From: Spirochaetia bacterium
Lineage (GTDB): Bacteria; Spirochaetota; Spirochaetia; SZUA-6; Bin103
Assembly: GCA_965208575.1 (NCBI GenBank)
Contig: CBDBOV010000006.1
Coordinates: forward strand, 1,408,001-1,472,000
Direction: 5' to 3'
DNA: 64,000 nucleotides
Numbering within the stretch: position 1 is the stretch's first letter; each line of letters starts with the position of its first letter. The position numbers were made by a program, and so were the translations under genes. Under the pieces are notes generated by a model that searched no databases, was not told the DNA's origin, and was given only the letters and a program-made list of their open reading frames with translations. Below are positions 1 through 10,004 of this stretch, one piece after another.

Positions 1-903
1 GCCGCGCCGGGCGAGCTGTCGGCGCCCGCCGCCGCCTACGCGCGCGCCCGCGGCGCCGACCGCATGAGTTCCTACGGCGACTGGGTGGCGGTAAGCGACC
101 GGGTGGACCTGGCTACCGCCCGGCTCCTGAAGCGGGAGACCTCGGACGGCATCATCGCCCCGGGCTACGACTCCGACGCGCTGGCGGTGCTGCGCGCCAA
201 GAAGGGCGGCGGCTACCGCGTGCTGGCGGTCGATCCCGACTATCGTGCTCCCGCAACCGAGCGGCGCGAAGTGTTCGGGGTGACCCTGGAACAGCCGCGC
301 AACGATATCGCGATCGACCGCGGGCTGCTGGCCAATGTGCCCACGGCCGCGCGCGAGATTCCGCCGCCGGCGGCGCGCGACATGCTGCTCGCGCTGATCG
401 CCCTGAAGTACACCCAGTCCAACTCGGTGTGCATCGCGTTCCGCGGCCAGACCATCGGCATCGGCGCGGGACAGCAGTCGCGTATCCACTGCACCCAGCT
501 CGCCGTCGACAAGGCGTGCGCCTGGTACCTGCGGTTTCACCCGGTGCTGCGCGAGGTGCGCTTTCGCCCCGGCACGCGCCGCCACGACCGCGACACCTGG
601 CTGACCCAGTACGTGGGCGGGGTGCAGGTTACCGACGATGCCTGGCTGCGCGCGCAGGTGGAGGAGATGCCGCCGCCGCTGACCGAGGAGCACCGGCGCG
701 AGTGGCTGGCCGGGTTGGACGGCGCGGTGCTCGCCTCGGACGGCTTCTTCCCGCACCGCGACAGCATCGACGTGGCGCGACGCTGCGGCGTGCGTTACAT
801 TGTGCAGCCGGGCGGATCGCTGCGCGACGGCGACGTGATCGGGGCCTGCGACGAGCACGGGCTGGTGATGGCAATGACCGGCCTGCGCCTGTTTCACCAC
901 TGA
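1..903 (+). CDS. purH: AICAR transformylase (PurH-family), 5'-truncated by the window edge
   Basis: Frame open from base 1; motifs SSYGDWVA, SDGIIAPGY, LKYTQSNSV, GIGAGQQSRIHCT, SDGFFP, QPGGSLRD and C-terminal GLRLFHH. Confidence 0.93.
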   Translation, partial: AAPGELSAPAAAYARARGADRMSSYGDWVAVSDRVDLATARLLKRETSDGIIAPGYDSDALAVLRAKKGGGYRVLAVDPDYRAPATERREVFGVTLEQPRNDIAIDRGLLANVPTAAREIPPPAARDMLLALIALKYTQSNSVCIAFRGQTIGIGAGQQSRIHCTQLAVDKACAWYLRFHPVLREVRFRPGTRRHDRDTWLTQYVGGVQVTDDAWLRAQVEEMPPPLTEEHRREWLAGLDGAVLASDGFFPHRDSIDVARRCGVRYIVQPGGSLRDGDVIGACDEHGLVMAMTGLRLFHH

Positions 904-932
904 GCGTCACCGCCGGCGAGGAGGGGAAAGCA

Positions 933-2930
933 ATGGGCAACAGCAATGGCACGAGAGGCAGCAACGGGATGGTTCCGGTTGCGAGCCTGGATGAAGTACG
1001 CCGGCGCGGCGTGGTGGTGACGCAGGCGGGCGACCGTCCGGTGGCGGTGTTCGCGGACGGCGCCCAGATCCACGCGGTGGACAACCGCTGCCCGCACATG
1101 GGATTTCCGCTCGACCGCGGCAGCGTCAAGGACGGCATCCTGACCTGCCACTGGCACGAGGCGCGCTTCGAACTGGCGAGCGGCTGCACCTTCGACCTGT
1201 GGGCCGACGACGCCATCTCCTACCCCACCGAGGTGCGCGGCGGCAAGGTGTGGGTGGCCAGCAGCCCGCGCAGCGTGCGCGATGCCGCCTACCACCGGCT
1301 GCGCCTGCGGCGCGGCATGGAGATGGGGGTCGGTCTGGTGCAAGCCAAGAGCCTGATCAGCCTGCTCGGTGGTGACGGCGGCCTGCTGCCGATCGTGGCG
1401 AGCGTGGTGGACTACGCCGCGGCCAACGTGACCAGCTTCGGCGAAGGCATGGTGCGGCTCACCTGCGTGGCGCGCCTGGCGCCCTGGCTGAGCGACGAGA
1501 CGCTGTACCTGGGGATGAGCTACGCGGTTCGCCAACTGGCCGCCGAGGCGAACGACGGCACCGCGCGCCGTCCGCGCGATCCGCTTGCCGCGCCGGCCCC
1601 CAACGCGGCCCTGAAGGGGTGGCTCCGGCAGTGGGTGCTGACCCGCCACCGCGACGCCGTCGAGCGCACGCTGCTCGCCGGCGTGGCCAACGGCATGCCG
1701 GCGGCGGAGCTGGCCGACCTGCTGTACGGCGCCGCGGCGGACCGGCTGTACGCCAACACCGGACACCTGTTCGACGCCTGCAACAAGGCGCTGGAGCTCA
1801 CCGACCTGCTCGACGGGTCCGCGCCCGACGACCTGCTGGCCCTGCTGGCCCCGTCGCTGGCCGACGCACGCGGCGAGGAGGAGAACACCCCCTGGCACCA
1901 CCCGGTGGAGATCGCCGCCGCCGTGCGCGCCGCCGAACAACGCCTGCCCGCGTTGCTCGCCAACGGCGGAGCCACCCCGACCGGCGTGAGCGCAGGCACG
2001 ACGGCCCGGTCCGGCGCGGACGGCGGCGCCGGGAACGACGGTGCGCCTTCCGCCGATGCCGCCGGCGCGCCGGCCGCCAGCACCCCCGCCGACGGCGCGC
2101 CCGATCGTCCCCACGGCCCGGCTGCCGCGGCGACCGCTACCGTCGCGGACCGCGCGGCCGCCTCTCCTGGTGCGCCGGTATTGCTTGACGAGGCTGCCGA
2201 AGACGCCCTGGTGGAGCGGATTCTCGGCGACGATCCCGAGGCCATCATCGCCGCGGTGGAGGCGGCGCTCGCCGGCGGTGCGGCACCCGCGGCGGTGGCG
2301 GCGGCGATCACCCGCGCCGCCGGCCTGCGGCTGGCGCGGTTCGCCACCTCCAACGAGGTCAGCGACTGGTTCAACCCGCAGCATACGTTCATCTTCTGCA
2401 ACGCCGTGCAGCGCGCCCTGCTGCGCACCGGCGGCCCCGACGTGGTGCGGGCGCTGTACCAGGCCGCCATCGCCGTCTACATGGACCGCTACCTGAACGT
2501 GCCGGCCGCCAAGCTGCCGGCCGAGCGCGGCACCGCCCGCCCGGCCGTGGACGACGCGGCGGCGGGCGGCCTGCTCGACGAGTTGCTCGGCGCGCTCGAC
2601 AACCGCGCCGAGGTGGAGCGCGCCGCCGACCTGACCAGCAGCTACCTGAGCACGCCGGCGGCCGACTGGGACGCCCACCTGGGCCGCCTGGTGGACCGGC
2701 TCGCCTATGCCACGCTGCGCGAGGACCTGGACTTCCACACCCTGCAGGTGCTGGAGGCGGCCGCCACGCAGCTCGCGGCGCGCGGCAACGACCGCGGCGC
2801 CGAGCAGATCATGGTCGGCGTGGCGCGCAACCTCGCCGCGCACTGCCCGACGCAGCGCGCCGGCTACCAGACCGCGGTGATCGCCCGCCGCCTGCAGCAC
2901 GGCGAGGAGCTGTTCGCGGAAGACGCATGA
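933..2930 (+). CDS. Rieske [2Fe-2S] domain protein with long alpha-helical C-terminal region
   Basis: ATG at 933 after GAGGAGGG; Rieske motifs NRCPHMGFPL and TCHWHEARF; stop overlaps thyX start (ATGA). Confidence 0.85.
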   Translation: MGNSNGTRGSNGMVPVASLDEVRRRGVVVTQAGDRPVAVFADGAQIHAVDNRCPHMGFPLDRGSVKDGILTCHWHEARFELASGCTFDLWADDAISYPTEVRGGKVWVASSPRSVRDAAYHRLRLRRGMEMGVGLVQAKSLISLLGGDGGLLPIVASVVDYAAANVTSFGEGMVRLTCVARLAPWLSDETLYLGMSYAVRQLAAEANDGTARRPRDPLAAPAPNAALKGWLRQWVLTRHRDAVERTLLAGVANGMPAAELADLLYGAAADRLYANTGHLFDACNKALELTDLLDGSAPDDLLALLAPSLADARGEEENTPWHHPVEIAAAVRAAEQRLPALLANGGATPTGVSAGTTARSGADGGAGNDGAPSADAAGAPAASTPADGAPDRPHGPAAAATATVADRAAASPGAPVLLDEAAEDALVERILGDDPEAIIAAVEAALAGGAAPAAVAAAITRAAGLRLARFATSNEVSDWFNPQHTFIFCNAVQRALLRTGGPDVVRALYQAAIAVYMDRYLNVPAAKLPAERGTARPAVDDAAAGGLLDELLGALDNRAEVERAADLTSSYLSTPAADWDAHLGRLVDRLAYATLREDLDFHTLQVLEAAATQLAARGNDRGAEQIMVGVARNLAAHCPTQRAGYQTAVIARRLQHGEELFAEDA

Positions 2931-3895
2931 CGCGGTACGCGCCGGCCGCGGCCAGCCGCCGCCCGGCAGCGCCGGAGTTGGAGGCGATTCTCGGGCAGCC
3001 GCTGCCGGTGCTCGACGACGGCTACGTGCGGGTGGTGGACTACATGGGCTGCGACGCCGCCATCGTGCAGGCGGCGCGCGTCTCCTACGGCGCCGGCACG
3101 AAGCGGGTCAGCGAGGACCGCACCCTGATCCGCTACCTGCTGCGGCACCGCCACACCACCCCGTTCGAGATGTGCGAGATCAAGCTGCACGTGCGCGTGC
3201 CGATGGACTGCTGGCGGCAGTGGATCCGCCACCGCACCGCCAACGTCAACGAGTACTCGACCCGCTACTCGGTGGCGATCGACGCCGCCAGCCGCACCGC
3301 CGCCGACCAGTGGCGCCTGCAGGCGGCCGCCAACCGGCAGGGCTCCGAGGGGCGCGTCGACGCGGCGGCCGGCGCCCGGCTGTCCGCCGCCGAAGCCGCC
3401 CTGCAAGAGCGGGCGCGCGCGGTCTACCAGGAGCGCCTGGACGCCGGCGTGGCGCGCGAGCAGGCGCGCAAGGACCTGCCGCTGTCCACCTACACCGAGG
3501 CGTACTGGAAGATCGACCTGCACAACCTGCTGCACTTCCTGGGCCTGCGCGCCGACAGCCACGCCCAGGAGGAGATCCGCGCCTACGCCACCCTGATCGG
3601 CGAGCAGGTGGTGAGCCGCTGGGTGCCGCTCGCCTGGGAGGCGTACCTCGACTACCGCGCCGGCGGCCTGCTGCTGACCCGCGCCGAGCGCGAGATCGCG
3701 GCCTGCCTGAACGCCGGCCGCCGCCAGGAGGCGCTGCAGATCGCCGGGCAGGCGGGCTGGCTGCGCCGCCGCGCCGACCCGCCGCCCGGCGCGACGGGAG
3801 CCGCGCTCCTGCGCCGCAACCGCGAGCGCGCCGAGGCGGAGGCCAAGCTCGCCGCCCTGGGCCTCACCGCGCCCTGGCTCACCGAAGGAAGCTGA
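2927..3895 (+). CDS. thyX: FAD-dependent thymidylate synthase
   Basis: AARVSY, HTTPFEM, ThyX motif RQWIRHRTANVNEYSTRY, REQARKDLP, HAQEEIR. Confidence 0.96.
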   Translation: MTRYAPAAASRRPAAPELEAILGQPLPVLDDGYVRVVDYMGCDAAIVQAARVSYGAGTKRVSEDRTLIRYLLRHRHTTPFEMCEIKLHVRVPMDCWRQWIRHRTANVNEYSTRYSVAIDAASRTAADQWRLQAAANRQGSEGRVDAAAGARLSAAEAALQERARAVYQERLDAGVAREQARKDLPLSTYTEAYWKIDLHNLLHFLGLRADSHAQEEIRAYATLIGEQVVSRWVPLAWEAYLDYRAGGLLLTRAEREIAACLNAGRRQEALQIAGQAGWLRRRADPPPGATGAALLRRNRERAEAEAKLAALGLTAPWLTEGS

Positions 3896-4026
3896 CCGGC
3901 GCCTCGCAGCCCGTGGCACAGCCCCGGCTGCCGTCCGACGCGCGGCGGCACGATCGGGATGAACGGTTCATGAACGACCGCACGGACAAGTGGAACTGCC
4001 GCGGGGCCGGCGATACGTTTTCCGTC

Positions 4027-4734
4027 ATGGCTGTCGTCACGCTCACCGACGTACGCAAGATCTATCCGCTCGGCAAGACGGAGGTGCACGCCGTCAACGG
4101 CGTGAGCTTCGAGATCGATGAGGGGGACTTCGTCTCCATCGCCGGGCCGTCCGGGTCCGGCAAGACCACGATCCTGAACATGATCGGCTGCATCGACACC
4201 CCCACGTCGGGGACCGTGCGCGTCATGGAAACCGATACTGCCGGCCTGACCGACCGCGCGGTGACCGACCTCCGCCACCAGGTGCTGGGCTTCATCTTCC
4301 AGTCGTTCAACCTGATCCCGGTGCTCGACGTGACCGAGAACGTGGAGTTCCCGCTGCTGATCGGCCAGGCACGGGTGCCGAAGGCGCAACGGGCCGACTG
4401 GGTCCGCTACCTGATCGACGCCGTGGGGCTGGACGAGCACCGCGACCACCGTCCCGCCGAGCTGTCCGGCGGCCAGCGCCAGCGGGTGGCGATTGCCCGC
4501 GCCCTGGCCAACAAGCCGCGCATCGTGCTGGCCGACGAGCCGACCGCCAACCTCGACTCGGAGACCAGCGAGCAGATCATCGAGCTGATGAAGCGCATGA
4601 ACGCGGAGCTCGGCACGACGTTCATCTTCTCCACCCACAAGCCGGCGATCGTCGAGATTGCCGACCACGTCATCCGTCTGCGCGACGGAGTGATCACCGC
4701 GGATTTCAGGACGGAAGCGGAGCCGGCGGCGTGA
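4027..4734 (+). CDS. ABC transporter ATP-binding protein (LolD/MacB-like)
   Basis: Walker A GPSGSGKT, signature LSGGQRQRVAIARAL, Walker B VLADEPTANLD; start taken at MAVVTLTDV rather than the long ORF start. Confidence 0.93.
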   Translation: MAVVTLTDVRKIYPLGKTEVHAVNGVSFEIDEGDFVSIAGPSGSGKTTILNMIGCIDTPTSGTVRVMETDTAGLTDRAVTDLRHQVLGFIFQSFNLIPVLDVTENVEFPLLIGQARVPKAQRADWVRYLIDAVGLDEHRDHRPAELSGGQRQRVAIARALANKPRIVLADEPTANLDSETSEQIIELMKRMNAELGTTFIFSTHKPAIVEIADHVIRLRDGVITADFRTEAEPAA

Positions 4735-6203
4735 GCGTCGTCTGGCGCATCGCGGTCCGCAACCTGCAGGAACACCGCGCCAAGAGCCTGATCGTCGGCA
4801 CGATCATCCTCATCGGCACCTTCGTACTGGTGGTGGGCAACTCGCTGATGGACTCGGCGGCGGCCGGCATCCGGCGGTCGTTCATCGACAACTTCACCGG
4901 CCACCTGGTGCTGGCCGGGGTCGCCGACGCGCCGGTCAGCCTGTTCGGCGTCCGCAGCACCGACTTCCTTAACAACCGCACGCCTCGCCTGGACGGCTAC
5001 GAGCAGCTCCTGCAGGCGGTCGCCGACCACCCGGACGTAACCGCCTGGAGCCCGCAGGCGAGCGACGCCGCCACCGTGAACCTGGCGGGAGAGGACGGGT
5101 CGTCGCTCGGGGAGTCGTTCACGCAGCTCTGGGGCATCGAGCCGGCGCGCTACCGGGAGGCGTTCCCGGATGCGGCCGAGTTGATCGCGGGCTCGTTCCT
5201 GCAACCTGACCAGGTGGGGCTGGTCCTGTCGGAGGAGGTCGCCACCGATCTCGGCGAGTCGGCCGAACGGGAGATCCGCCCCGGCGACCGCCTGCTGCTG
5301 ACCGCCACCACGGACGCCGGCATCAAGGTGCGCGAGGTGCCGGTCACCGGCATCTTCCGGTTCCGCAACGCCCTGCCGCAGCTCGACTTCGTGTCGTTGG
5401 TGGACATCACGACGCTGCGCACGCTGACCGGCATGACCGTGTCGGCACCGGCGGAGCAGATCCTGACCGAGGCGCAGGTCGCGCAGCTCGGCTCCGTGGA
5501 CGAGGACGACCTGTTCGGCGGCGCGGACTCGGGCAGCCTGGTGCAGGAGGTCTCCACCGGCACCGGCGCGCCGGTGCTGCTGGACCTGGGCGGACGCGAG
5601 GAGACCGTGGTCGACTCCGGCGCCTGGCACTTCCTGCTGCTCAAGCTGCGCCGTCCGGGGGCGGCCGAGCGCGTGACCGGCGACCTGGAACGGATCATCG
5701 GCGACGGCGACCTCAACGCGCAGGTGCTGGACTGGCGCGATGCCGGCGCGCCGGTGTCGCAGCTCTCCGACGGGTTCAAGATCGTCTTCAACGTGGTAAT
5801 CATCGTCATCGCCGTGGTCGCCGTGATCATCATCATGAACACGCTGGTGATCTCGGTGACCGAACGCATGAGCGAGATCGGCACCATGCGCGCGATCGGC
5901 GCGCGCAAGGGGTTCGTGCGACGCATGATCGGCGCGGAGACGGTCACGGTGGCATTCGTGTTCGGCGCTGCCGGCGTCCTGCTCGGGCTGATGCTGCTGT
6001 TCATCCTGGGCGCTACCGGGATCCCCGCCTCCAACCTGTTCCTGCGCATCCTGTTCGGAGGCGAGGTGCTCAGGCCCGAAGTCTCGCCCGGCTCGGTGGC
6101 GTTCTCGCTGGTCATGGTCGCGGCGATCGCCGTGGTCTCCAGCCTGTATCCGCTGGCGGTCGCGCTGCGCATCTCGCCGCGGCAGGCGATGGGCGTCGAG
6201 TGA
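4731..6203 (+). CDS. ABC transporter permease, FtsX/LolC-E/MacB type
   Basis: IAVRNL N-terminus, one TM, large periplasmic domain, ERMSEIGTMRAIG motif followed by TMs; GTGA overlap with the ATPase. Confidence 0.9.
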   Translation: MSVVWRIAVRNLQEHRAKSLIVGTIILIGTFVLVVGNSLMDSAAAGIRRSFIDNFTGHLVLAGVADAPVSLFGVRSTDFLNNRTPRLDGYEQLLQAVADHPDVTAWSPQASDAATVNLAGEDGSSLGESFTQLWGIEPARYREAFPDAAELIAGSFLQPDQVGLVLSEEVATDLGESAEREIRPGDRLLLTATTDAGIKVREVPVTGIFRFRNALPQLDFVSLVDITTLRTLTGMTVSAPAEQILTEAQVAQLGSVDEDDLFGGADSGSLVQEVSTGTGAPVLLDLGGREETVVDSGAWHFLLLKLRRPGAAERVTGDLERIIGDGDLNAQVLDWRDAGAPVSQLSDGFKIVFNVVIIVIAVVAVIIIMNTLVISVTERMSEIGTMRAIGARKGFVRRMIGAETVTVAFVFGAAGVLLGLMLLFILGATGIPASNLFLRILFGGEVLRPEVSPGSVAFSLVMVAAIAVVSSLYPLAVALRISPRQAMGVE

Positions 6204-7543
6204 TGCGCAGCCTGCTCCGCATCGCCTTCCGCAACACCGGCCGCCAGAAGAAGCGCACCCTGCTGCTGGCCGGCGCGATCGCGTTCGGCGTGGTGGTGGT
6301 GACCCTGCTCAACGGGTTCACCGGCGGCGCGTCGCGCAACATCGAACGGGTGCTCACCGACCTGATCGGCGGCCACGTCTACGTCAGCGGCACCGAGCTC
6401 ACCGACTCGCGGCTGATCATCAACGTCATCCGCGACTGGGAGGGCGGAGACTCGTCGCTCGCTGACGTGGTCGGCGAGGTGGAGGGGCAGATCGCCGACC
6501 TGAACCGGCGCAGCCGGACGCTCGGGACGCTGATCTTCGGCTCCAAGCAGACCAACCAGTTCCTCGACGGCGTGGACTGGCACGGCGAGGCGAGCTTTTT
6601 TCCCAGCCTGTCGCTGACGGCGGGATCGCTGCCGGGTCCGGACGACCGCAACGCGCTGATCCTGCCGGAGGCAGCGGCCGAGCGGCTGCGCGTCGAGGTC
6701 GGCGACCAGGTCCTGGTGCGCGTCGCCACGGTCACCGGCCAGCAGAACGTCGGCGAGCTGGTGCTGGCAGCCACCATCGAGGACTCCGGGATCACGGCCT
6801 TCTCCTCGGCCTTCGTCCGCCTGGACTACATGGGCGAGCTGATCGGCACCGGCGCCGGCGAGTTCCAGGTCCTGAATCTGTACCTGCGTGACCCCCGGCA
6901 GTCAGGCCGCGTGGCCGAGGTGTTGCGCGCGCGGCTGCCGACCGCTCCGGAAGACGAACAGGAAGAGGTGAGCGGACAGCCGCCGGGGACGCCGGGGGCG
7001 CTTGGCGCCGGCGTCAAGCGGTTGGCCGACGACGAGGAGCCGTGGGAGGGCACGCGCTTCGAGATCACGACCCTGGACGACATCCTGGATCAGGTCTCGG
7101 ACCTGTTCGGGGTGCTCGACATCGTCAGCCTGGTGGTGTTCCTGATCCTGCTGACGATCACCATGGTCGGGGTCGTGAACACGTTCCGGATGGTGCTGCT
7201 GGAGCGCATCCGGGAGATCGGCACCATGCGCGCGGTCGGCATGCAGGGCCGCTCGGTGCGCGGCATCTTCCTCATGGAGGCCGGCTTCATCGGCCTGATC
7301 GGCGCGCTCATCGGGCTGGTGCTGGCCGGCATCGCCATGCTGGTCCTGGGCCAGCTCACCCTGGACACCGACTCGCCGCTGCAGTTCTTTCTGAACGACG
7401 GCCGGATCACCTTCGCGGTGCCGCCCCTGTCGGTGGTCACCAACGTGGCGATCCTGCTGGCCCTGAGCCTGCTTGCCGCCTTCATTCCCGCGCGCCGCGC
7501 GGCCCGCATGGAGCCGGCGGCGGCGCTGCGCAGCTCGGCATGA
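6203..7543 (+). CDS. ABC transporter permease, FtsX/LolC-E/MacB type (second subunit)
   Basis: IAFRNTGRQKKRT N-terminus, ERIREIGTMRAVG, C-terminal PARRAARMEPAAALR. Confidence 0.9.
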   Translation: MRSLLRIAFRNTGRQKKRTLLLAGAIAFGVVVVTLLNGFTGGASRNIERVLTDLIGGHVYVSGTELTDSRLIINVIRDWEGGDSSLADVVGEVEGQIADLNRRSRTLGTLIFGSKQTNQFLDGVDWHGEASFFPSLSLTAGSLPGPDDRNALILPEAAAERLRVEVGDQVLVRVATVTGQQNVGELVLAATIEDSGITAFSSAFVRLDYMGELIGTGAGEFQVLNLYLRDPRQSGRVAEVLRARLPTAPEDEQEEVSGQPPGTPGALGAGVKRLADDEEPWEGTRFEITTLDDILDQVSDLFGVLDIVSLVVFLILLTITMVGVVNTFRMVLLERIREIGTMRAVGMQGRSVRGIFLMEAGFIGLIGALIGLVLAGIAMLVLGQLTLDTDSPLQFFLNDGRITFAVPPLSVVTNVAILLALSLLAAFIPARRAARMEPAAALRSSA

Positions 7544-7596
7544 GCGGCGCAGGACGATTCCGTGCGAACGACCGACTTCTCTGGAGAAAAGACACC

Positions 7597-8358
7597 ATGA
7601 CCATCCGACGTTTCGCGATAGCGTTCCTGTTCGCTGCCGGACTGCTCACCGGCCCCGGCCTGTGGGCCGCCGACGTCGACGTGCCGTCGCTGCTTGACGA
7701 GATCGACCGGCAGCGCACGTTCGGCGACCAGGATTTCACGGCGGTCATGACGATGATCTCCGAAGATCCCGAGGACGGCGTCGAGCGCCTGGTCGTGCAG
7801 CAGTTCCGGCGGGACGCTGACGACGCGTTCCTGATCCTGTTCCGCGACCCGGCGGTCCAGCGCGGCCAGGGCTACCTGCGCCAGGGGGACAACCTGTGGT
7901 TCTACGATCCGGAGAGCCGCAAGTTCTCGCACACGTCGCTGAAGGAGGCGTTTCAGGGCACCGACGCGCGCAACTCCGACTTCGGCGAGGTCAGCTTCTC
8001 CGAGGATTACGCCGTGCGCGAGATCGACGAGGGTACGCTGGGCAAGTACGCGGTGTACGTGCTGGACCTGCAGGCGACCAGCGACGAGGTGACCTATCCG
8101 TTCCTGAAGGCGTGGGTCACGCGCGAGGGCAGCCTGGTGCTCAAGACCGAGGACTACAGCCTGACCGAGCGGCTGATGCGCACCTCCTACTATCCGCGCT
8201 ACGCCCGCGTCGGTGATTCGGTGGTGCCGACCGAGATGATCTTCGTCGACGAGCTGGTCGAGGGCAAGAAGACCCGGATCAGCATGAGCGACCTGTCCGA
8301 CGCGGCGATCCCGGACTCGGTGTTTACCAAGGCCTACGTCGAGCGGGCCAACCGGTGA
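7597..8358 (+). CDS. LolA-like outer-membrane lipoprotein-sorting protein
   Basis: ATG after GGAG; signal peptide; FRDPAVQRGQGYLRQGDNLWFYDP and FQGTDARNSDF resemble the LolA-like family found next to such ABC operons. Confidence 0.8.
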   Translation: MTIRRFAIAFLFAAGLLTGPGLWAADVDVPSLLDEIDRQRTFGDQDFTAVMTMISEDPEDGVERLVVQQFRRDADDAFLILFRDPAVQRGQGYLRQGDNLWFYDPESRKFSHTSLKEAFQGTDARNSDFGEVSFSEDYAVREIDEGTLGKYAVYVLDLQATSDEVTYPFLKAWVTREGSLVLKTEDYSLTERLMRTSYYPRYARVGDSVVPTEMIFVDELVEGKKTRISMSDLSDAAIPDSVFTKAYVERANR

Positions 8359-9878
8359 GCGCACTCCTGCTCGCCCTGATGCTGGTCGCAGGCGCGGCGG
8401 GCGCGCGGGCGGGCCTGCTGGCGGCGGCGATCCTGTTCGCCGCCGCCCTGGCGGGAGGGGTGGCGGGCGCGCAGGCGATCGACACCGATGAGGAATCGCT
8501 GTTCGGCTCGCCCGAAGAGGATGACGACGGCACGCAGGCGAGTGTCGACACGGCCGATCTGTTCGGCTCGCCCGACGGGGAGGACGACAGCGCAGGCGAA
8601 GGCGCGCTCGATACCTCGGACCTGTTCGATGGCGAGGTGCTGGTTACGGAGCCGGAGGCGGCGGCCGATACGCCCGCGCCGGCCGCCCGGCCGCCGGTCG
8701 AGATAGGCGGTTCGTACCGTTTCTCGCTGACCGGGGAGGCGCACTGGACGTCGCCGGCCGAGCTGGCCGACGAGCCGCTGCAGCCGGACTCGCACCGCGC
8801 CACCGTGGACCTGGGCGCGACCGTGTTCCTGGATGCCCGTCCGGCGGACGACTTCCGGGTGTTTGGCAAGGTAGACCTGAGCTATCCGTTCAGCACCGAT
8901 ACCGACGCGCAGCCGGCGCGCGATTTCGACGACGTGGTCTCGGTAAAGGAGCTGTTCTCGGATTTCTCGATCGGCGACGCGCTGTTCCTGCGCGGCGGCA
9001 AGCACACGATCGCCTGGGGCGTGGGCTACTTCTTCAGTCCGGCGGACGTGCTCAACCTGACCGCCATCGATCCGGAGGATCCCGACGCCGAGCGCGAGGG
9101 GCCGGTGTCGCTGCGCGCCAACCTGCCGATCGACTTTCACAACCTCTACCTGTACGCGATCGCCGACCCGGTCGACGGCGGCGTGCAGTTCGCCGCGGCG
9201 CCCAAGGCGGAGGTGGTGCTGGACGGGGCCGAGGTGGGCATCGGCGCCTACTTCCACCCCGAGCGGGTGCCGCGCGCCATGCTGACGCTGACCACCAGCC
9301 TGCTGGAGTTCGACCTGTTCGCGGAGCTGGAGGGCAGCCTCGGCTCCGACCGCCGGTTCGTGCAGCGGGCCGCCCGCGGCACCGGCAATGCGTTCGGGCT
9401 GCGCACCGCCCGCAACACCGAAGACCCGTTCGCGGCGGCCACGGCCGGGTTGCGCTACACCTACGCGCCGGCCGAGGAGGAGTGGTCGGCCACCCTGGCG
9501 GGCCAGTACCTGTGGAACGGCGAGGGCTACGACGACCCGGACCTGCTGCGCGCCAACCGCGCCGGGGTGGCCGCGCTGCTGGCGGCGGGCGACCTGAGCG
9601 GCGCCGACCTGGCGTTCCGGGGCCGGCACTACGCGGCCGCGTCGCTCAACGTCGCGCTCGGCCGCGGCGCCGACTGGTCGGCCGGCGTGCTGTGGCTGTC
9701 CAACCTGAGCGACGGCTCCGCGCGGGTCGCGCCCTCGGTCACGTTCCGGCCGCTCGACTACCTCAGCCTGCGCGCCGCCGCCACCGTGACCTACGGCGAC
9801 GAAGGCGCTGAAATGACCCCGCTCGGCCCCCGCGTCGGTGTCTCCCTCACCGCCACCCTCGGCTCCGGCCGGTTCTGA
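8355..9878 (+). CDS. Putative outer-membrane beta-barrel protein
   Basis: Signal peptide, acidic N-terminal repeats (DLFGSP), GKHTIAWGVGYFFSPAD motif, alternating beta-strand pattern, terminal Phe. Confidence 0.7.
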   Translation: MSALLLALMLVAGAAGARAGLLAAAILFAAALAGGVAGAQAIDTDEESLFGSPEEDDDGTQASVDTADLFGSPDGEDDSAGEGALDTSDLFDGEVLVTEPEAAADTPAPAARPPVEIGGSYRFSLTGEAHWTSPAELADEPLQPDSHRATVDLGATVFLDARPADDFRVFGKVDLSYPFSTDTDAQPARDFDDVVSVKELFSDFSIGDALFLRGGKHTIAWGVGYFFSPADVLNLTAIDPEDPDAEREGPVSLRANLPIDFHNLYLYAIADPVDGGVQFAAAPKAEVVLDGAEVGIGAYFHPERVPRAMLTLTTSLLEFDLFAELEGSLGSDRRFVQRAARGTGNAFGLRTARNTEDPFAAATAGLRYTYAPAEEEWSATLAGQYLWNGEGYDDPDLLRANRAGVAALLAAGDLSGADLAFRGRHYAAASLNVALGRGADWSAGVLWLSNLSDGSARVAPSVTFRPLDYLSLRAAATVTYGDEGAEMTPLGPRVGVSLTATLGSGRF

Positions 9879-9908
9879 CCGCCCGCCGGTGAGATGAACT
9901 CGGTAATG

Positions 9909-10004
9909 GATACGAAACAGAGATCGACAGTCTGTTGATATACGTAGTATCTATATTCAATCGGCTGCCGCTCCTTGCCATTCCGAGCCGTGAAGGAGTT
10001 GTTC
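9909..10004 (+). promoter_or_regulatory. Conserved AT-rich leader/promoter of array unit 1, with SD AAGGAG; copies precede units 2, 3 and 5
   Basis: Core TTGATATACGTAGTATCTATATTCAA at 9935-9960; variants at 11511-11536, 13104-13129 and 16266-16291; AAGGAG 6 nt before ATG. Confidence 0.65.

Noticed and set aside
429-932. Long N-terminal extensions in the ORF track (429, 3172, 7042, 18236, 22743, 40181, 42990, 57135, 58592 and others)
   Set aside because: They overlap neighbouring real genes or are Arg/Pro/Ala-rich nonsense; family homology begins at the downstream starts used.
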